DNA of 64,000 bases from Candidatus Saccharimonadales bacterium (lineage in GTDB: Bacteria; Patescibacteriota; Saccharimonadia; Saccharimonadales; UBA7683), in contig JAXMAA010000001.1 in NCBI GenBank assembly GCA_046350615.1, forward strand, positions 136,480-200,479. The letters are read 5' to 3'. The notes below the pieces were generated by a model. The model worked only from the letters and a program-made list of their open reading frames with translations. It was not told the DNA's origin and ran no database searches. Below, one piece after another: positions 59,477-64,000 of this stretch (positions are counted from its first letter, which is position 1; each line of letters starts with the position of its first letter). Position numbers and translations under genes: made by a program.

Positions 59477-61336
59477 CTAGAGGGAAGAGTTCTGGACGCG
59501 GCCTTTGGCTTCGTTTGCAATACTAGTGATGAAATTTTCCAGCGGGTAGGTTTTTTCTTCGCGGTTTTCAACAGCAAGATCACTGCGCACCCGGGGTGAA
59601 AGTTGCTTAGTTTCAAGTTCTTTTTCGCCCACAACTACTGTATAGGGCACTTTCATCAGTTCAGCATTACGAATTTTTTTACCAACCGATTCATTCGATC
59701 GATCAATCTGAACTCGAATATCATTTTCTTTAGCGATTGTTGTAATTTCATCAACAAAACTGTCAATTTCTGGTGAGTCTTTTACTTGGATTATCCGTAA
59801 CTGTTCTGGGGCTAACCAAACTGGGAACCGTCCAGCGGAGTGTTCGATATATACACTAAGGAACCGCTCGAGCGAGCCCATAATTGCAGCGTGTATCATC
59901 ACAACTCGCTCAGCATCCCCTGCTTCATTAGTACAGGTTAAATCAAAGCCTTCTGGCTGATTAAAGTCTAGCTGGATGGTTGCAACCTGGTGCTCTCTAC
60001 CAATCGCATCTTTGGCCATGAAATCTATTTTTGGACCATAAAACGCCGCTTCACCGACACCCGGCAAGTAATCTTCGCCTACTTTGCTTTTAATGATTGA
60101 AAGTAGTTGCTCTTCGGACTGCACCCATTTAGATTCATCACCAGCATACGAACCCATATCTTCCGGATCATGTGTAGAAAATCTGACTTTCAGGTCAGCA
60201 AAGCCGAGCGCTCCGTAGAACCTATCAATGATATCCCAGATTTTTAAGGCCTCTTCTTCTATCTGTGTAGTTCGACAGAAGACATGTGCGTCATCTTGCG
60301 TAATACAACGTACGCGCGACAAACCTGAGAGCTCGCCACTCTGTTCGTCACGATACACAAATGCCGTTTCTCGGTATCTGATTGGCAAGTCACGATAGGA
60401 TCGTGGTTGACTCGCATAAATTTGGGTGTGCATCGGGCAGCTCATTGGCTTCATGGCAAACTCGTGACCTTCACGAGTTTCTATCTTGAATAATTCGTCA
60501 GCAAACTTTGCCCAGTGACCACTGGCTTCAAACAGATCTTTTTTTGTAATATGCGGCGACGTCACCTCTTGATAACCATATTCATCACGCATTTCCTGTA
60601 CAAAGTCATTAAGGCCAGCTCTCAGTAGTGTTCCCCTCGGTGACCAAAGAGTTAGCCCGCCACCGATCATGTCAGAGAACGTAAACAGATCTAAGTCTTT
60701 ACCCAGTCTACGATGATCACGCTTTTTAGCCTCTTCTAGCATCTGCAGATGATTATTAAGCTCTTCTTTAGTGGCAAACGCCACCCCATAAAGCCGCTGC
60801 ATCTGCGGATTGCCCTCTTTACCCCGCCAGTAGGCTCCAGCTACTCTCATAAGCTTAAATGCACCCACTTTGCCGGTACTCTCAACATGTGGACCGCGGC
60901 ATAAATCCGTAAACTCGCCATTAGTATAGAACGATACACTCTCAACCGCCGCATCACCTTTGGTAATAGTACCGAGCTCATCCATATCGAGATCCTTGGC
61001 GACAGTAGTGCCTGCACGCTTGAGATCGTTCAGGAGCTCTTCTTTATACGGCTGTTGAGCAGCCCTTGCCCAGTCAATAGCCTCGTCGATAGACTTTTCA
61101 GATCGTTCAAACGGCTGGTTGGCGTTAACAACTTTCCTCATCTGTTCTTCAATCTTCTTGAAGTCATCAGTTGAGATTGTCACGCCTGGAATATCAATAT
61201 CGTAATAAAATCCATTTTCTACAACCGGCCCAACTCCGAGTTTTGCCTCTGGCCACAAGGTTGTTACAGCAGTCGCCATGATATGCGCCAAACTATGCCG
61301 CATCGCATGAAGTTGCTCATTATTTTGATCTGCCAT
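59477..61336 (-). CDS. thrS: Threonyl-tRNA synthetase (no N-terminal TGS domain)
   Basis: 619 aa. HSLAHIM (editing domain), class II motifs (FRDEQSGELSGLSRVR, GPKIDF...), anticodon-binding C-terminus. Confidence 0.95.
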   Translation of the reverse strand: MADQNNEQLHAMRHSLAHIMATAVTTLWPEAKLGVGPVVENGFYYDIDIPGVTISTDDFKKIEEQMRKVVNANQPFERSEKSIDEAIDWARAAQQPYKEELLNDLKRAGTTVAKDLDMDELGTITKGDAAVESVSFYTNGEFTDLCRGPHVESTGKVGAFKLMRVAGAYWRGKEGNPQMQRLYGVAFATKEELNNHLQMLEEAKKRDHRRLGKDLDLFTFSDMIGGGLTLWSPRGTLLRAGLNDFVQEMRDEYGYQEVTSPHITKKDLFEASGHWAKFADELFKIETREGHEFAMKPMSCPMHTQIYASQPRSYRDLPIRYRETAFVYRDEQSGELSGLSRVRCITQDDAHVFCRTTQIEEEALKIWDIIDRFYGALGFADLKVRFSTHDPEDMGSYAGDESKWVQSEEQLLSIIKSKVGEDYLPGVGEAAFYGPKIDFMAKDAIGREHQVATIQLDFNQPEGFDLTCTNEAGDAERVVMIHAAIMGSLERFLSVYIEHSAGRFPVWLAPEQLRIIQVKDSPEIDSFVDEITTIAKENDIRVQIDRSNESVGKKIRNAELMKVPYTVVVGEKELETKQLSPRVRSDLAVENREEKTYPLENFITSIANEAKGRVQNSSL

Positions 61337-61344
61337 GGGTATCC

Positions 61345-61540
61345 CTTTCTGACTTTATAATTACAAAAACACGCCTTAAGATGACCATTTCATCTGTTAG
61401 CGTGCCTCGGGTCTTGAACTAAACAAGACGGTTCCACCTTAGCATTTTCTCTTATCAGCTTTTTATATCGGGCAATCTGACCATGCTCCCGAAGCTCCAC
61501 GGCTCGTTACACCGCTTCTCTGCTCATCACAATTATAGCA
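61345..61540 (-). promoter_or_regulatory. Probable T-box leader of thrS
   Basis: On the minus strand: GTGATGAGCAGAGAAGCGG (GA/K-turn plus AGAGA-like) at 61517-61535, and AATGCTAAGGTGGAACCGTC (T-box-like GGTGGNACCG) at 61429-61448. The specifier could not be placed confidently. Confidence 0.5.
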
Positions 61541-61542
61541 CT

Positions 61543-61619
61543 TGGTGGGCGATATAGGATTCGAACCTATCACCTCCACAACGTCAATGTGGCGCTCTAG
61601 CCAAATGAGCTAATCGCCC
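61543..61619 (-). tRNA. tRNA-Val (GAC) with encoded CCA
   Basis: Reverse complement: GGGCGATTAGCTCATTTGGCTAGAGCGCCACATTGACGTTGTGGAGGTGATAGGTTCGAATCCTATATCGCCCACCA. It gives a 77-nt cloverleaf. Confidence 0.9.
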
Positions 61620-61671
61620 CTACACCAAATGACACTTTATTTATAGTACTAAAAACAGAGGTAAAGCGCAA

Positions 61672-62304
61672 TTATGAACGCTCGCGAGGTACAAGCGTTG
61701 CCGGACTTTCTGGAACAAACAAACCCTGCCAGAATTCAAAATCTTCACGTAACTGATATGATTTAGCAATAGTAGCTACTTCAGTCATAGCACGTGTATG
61801 CCTAAAACGCAGATTTACCTCACCCTGCCAAACCACGCTACCGTCACTACTTCTATCGTAAACTGTAAGACTATCTCCATTATGCAGATAATGCATCCCA
61901 GAATAAGACCACTGTTGTTCGCGCAAATCTTCTGGTAAATAACGTCCCTCTTCACCGTCACGCCAGCGCACACTTACCCGCTTGTCGCCGTTTTCATACA
62001 TCCTTGCGATCTTCCGTTCGTGTGTTTTAAAAGTTCCATCTGTGTCAAAAAAGATATCACGAGCAGTCAAGTCTGGATCAGTTCTTAGTTCCTCCAAAAA
62101 TCTGTCCTGTTCTGCATCGATATCTGGATTAATGGCTATAATTTCGCCCATCCTTTGTAAACTAGTAGCCAAACAAACATCGCCGCCGGTTTCCTGATAG
62201 AAATTACTCCTCAAAGCTCTGTATGTTACGTGAGCTTCATCTTGAAAAGCCCAGTCACCCCCTTCAGTTCCCGTTTCTGCATGCAGATAAACTACGCCTC
62301 TCAT
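61672..62304 (-). CDS. Hypothetical protein
   Basis: 210-aa ORF, acidic, with no motif I recognise. Confidence 0.5.
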   Translation of the reverse strand: MRGVVYLHAETGTEGGDWAFQDEAHVTYRALRSNFYQETGGDVCLATSLQRMGEIIAINPDIDAEQDRFLEELRTDPDLTARDIFFDTDGTFKTHERKIARMYENGDKRVSVRWRDGEEGRYLPEDLREQQWSYSGMHYLHNGDSLTVYDRSSDGSVVWQGEVNLRFRHTRAMTEVATIAKSYQLREDFEFWQGLFVPESPATLVPRERS

Positions 62305-62360
62305 CTCACTTATAGATTAAACTGTAGCTCGCAAACTACCGATATGCAAGCATGAGCAAT

Positions 62361-63431
62361 TTATCGATATCCCTCACAAATACGCTGGAGGTAGCGGATG
62401 TTGTGAATTGAAGCGAGGGTGCCGGCGAGAGGTTCACCTACTTTGAATTGATGACGGAGGAAACCGCGTGAAAAACCGCCTCGACAAGTGTAACAGTCGC
62501 ATATATCATCTATGACGTTTGTGCTTAATTTATGTATCTCAGATTTGAGATTGAGACGTTCATCTCCAGATGTCCAAACTGAACCGTGGCGGGCGTTACG
62601 AGTTGGAATAACGCAATCCAGCATGTCAATTCCGCATTCTATGGACTTTCTAATATCCCTCGGATCACCAACTCCAAGTAAAAATCGTGGTCGAGCAGAA
62701 CTATCATAGAGCGGCGCAAGAAACTCCAGCATCTCATGCATCTCCTCTCTGGTTTCGCCAACTGACAGCCCCCCAATTGCAATCCCTCCAACGGATGAAT
62801 CTTGTACAATTGCTAAGCTCTGAGCTCTAAGGTCTTTATCTAAGCCGCCCTGCACCACCCCAAACAACAATGGCTTTTCATCATCACTCATGTCTTTAGT
62901 CAGCCGCTCATATTCGGCAATACTACGCTCCAGCCAGCGATGTGTCCGCTCAAATGCCTCCTGGGTGCGACCGCGCTTTGAATCTTCCAGCGAAACCACA
63001 TCGTCAAAGGCGACAATCATGTCCGCACCTAACTTCATCTGGATTTGAATTGATTTTTCGGGAGTGAGAAAAATTGTGTCACCAGTTCGCGGATCTTTAA
63101 AAGTTACCCCTTCTTCGGCAATCTTATTAATATGCGCCAACGAGAACACCTGAAAACCGCCCGAATCCGTCAGCATTGGCAAATCTTGCCTAGTAAATTC
63201 ATGCAATCCACCCATCTGAGCAACAACATCCTCTCCTGGCATCAGATGAAGATGATATGTGTTTGCAAGTACCACCTGCACTCCGGTACTTTTAACCATT
63301 TCAGGGGTGAGTGACTTTACCGCACCCCTGGTGCCATCGGGCATAAAAGTCGGCGTTTTAACCTCATACCCTCGCACTCGCAATGTACCGACACGAGAGT
63401 ACTCACCTGTTTTCTTTTCTTCCTCAAACAT
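62361..63431 (-). CDS. tgt: Queuine tRNA-ribosyltransferase
   Basis: Probable start MFEEEKKTGEYSRVGTL at 63431. LTDSGGFQVFSL, VQGG, and zinc site CDCYTCRGGFSRGFLRH. The track ORF extends to 63554 through an upstream repeat. Confidence 0.93.
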   Translation of the reverse strand: MFEEEKKTGEYSRVGTLRVRGYEVKTPTFMPDGTRGAVKSLTPEMVKSTGVQVVLANTYHLHLMPGEDVVAQMGGLHEFTRQDLPMLTDSGGFQVFSLAHINKIAEEGVTFKDPRTGDTIFLTPEKSIQIQMKLGADMIVAFDDVVSLEDSKRGRTQEAFERTHRWLERSIAEYERLTKDMSDDEKPLLFGVVQGGLDKDLRAQSLAIVQDSSVGGIAIGGLSVGETREEMHEMLEFLAPLYDSSARPRFLLGVGDPRDIRKSIECGIDMLDCVIPTRNARHGSVWTSGDERLNLKSEIHKLSTNVIDDICDCYTCRGGFSRGFLRHQFKVGEPLAGTLASIHNIRYLQRICEGYR

Positions 63432-63511
63432 ATCTATAGATAACAGATTACAGCAAATAGATAGGAGATACCACCCGGGCTGCGAATTATTTAATCCAAA
63501 TCCTGACCCTC

Positions 63512-63543
63512 CGTCATCCTGAGTGAGGTTGAAGGATCCACTG
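63512..63543 (+). repeat. Member of the CGTCATCC...GGATCCA hairpin repeat family
   Basis: cgtcatcctgagtgaggttgaaggatccactg, upstream of tgt. Confidence 0.5.
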
Positions 63544-64000
63544 AACACGCGCATATGGATTAGTCAGACCTTTCGACAAGCTCAAGATGACACACGGGCA
63601 GATTGGAAGTTTTGAGATCAAGCACTGTTCATGATTGATAACTACCTTACCTCTCCAAGCATAGCCAGAAGTCTTCGTGCATTGTAACAGATGTAAATGC
63701 TATATTTATCCTCTAGGATTCAGTAGTTTTCCACAGGTCGTTTGCATTGAAAATGCAGACTATGATATGCTTGATGACTGTCGGGCAAGAATTAACGTAA
63801 CATAGGTCGAACCTTGTCCATATTGACAATTTAACTAGCTTATGCTAGTATTGGAGTACATGAGTAACAAACCCATGAAATCCCAGAAGTCAGAGCTCGA
63901 AAAGTTTAAACTCTTCTTCGAGGAAGTACCTGCTGCAGGCGCACTCTCTCGACTTCGCCGTCACAAAGCCGAAGCTTAAGCCTCCGCTCAGACGTCAAAA

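Noticed and set aside
63861-63980. 39-codon plus-strand ORF (MSNKPMKSQKSELEKFKLFFEEVPAAGALSRLRRHKAEA) near the right edge.
   Set aside because: It is too short, with no recognisable family and no clear RBS. It is noted but not called as a gene.

Overview
The window looks like a chromosomal segment of a small-genome, Gram-positive-type bacterium. Gene content (nrdJ-nrdR, ftsA-ftsZ, map-adk, rpsU, priA-def-fmt, infB, a short 4xS1 protein, murT-gatD, miaA, thrS, tgt, infC-rpmI-rplT, rnpB), LPXTG and BspA-type surface proteins, and tight packing suggest a CPR/Patescibacteria (Saccharibacteria-like) lineage; this is inference only. Most genes are on the minus strand. A 16S - tRNA-Ala - tRNA-Ile - 23S - 5S operon lies at about 27.3-34.1 kb, also on the minus strand.

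Observations that stand out:
1. Sequence quality or integrity is patchy. ftsA (3.1-3.6 kb), the middle of priA (17.2-17.6 kb) and a roughly 10.5 kb block (about 28.1-38.7 kb: most of 23S, tRNA-Ile, 16S, a radical-SAM remnant, gyrA and gyrB after codon 168) are dense in indels and substitutions, while flanking genes, including a 7.8 kb ORF, are intact. This is either uncorrected error-prone sequence in the assembly or remarkable decay of essential genes.
2. A 2596-aa membrane protein fuses three BspA/DUF285-type LRR adhesin super-repeats to a C-terminal histidine kinase. No response regulator is nearby.
3. A family of CATG/ATG-dense 85-190 nt modules shares exact 10-14-mers. Copies interrupt RNase P RNA (P12) and 23S rRNA (H79 region), and others lie in the ftsA-ftsZ and nrdR-nrdJ spacers.
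4. There is a 1.1 kb IS with perfect 32-bp terminal inverted repeats, and a GIY-YIG ORF bracketed by inverted 29-bp hairpin repeats. These repeats belong to a six-copy 'CGTCATCC...GGATCCAG' family, and the IS interrupts one copy.
5. An accessory-looking block at 39.4-46.2 kb carries an LPSTG surface protein with Cys-loop repeats and a VirD4/TraD-like ATPase module.

No CRISPR array, retron, DGR or recognizable defence operon was seen. All calls come from reading the sequence and ORF translations; no searches were run.
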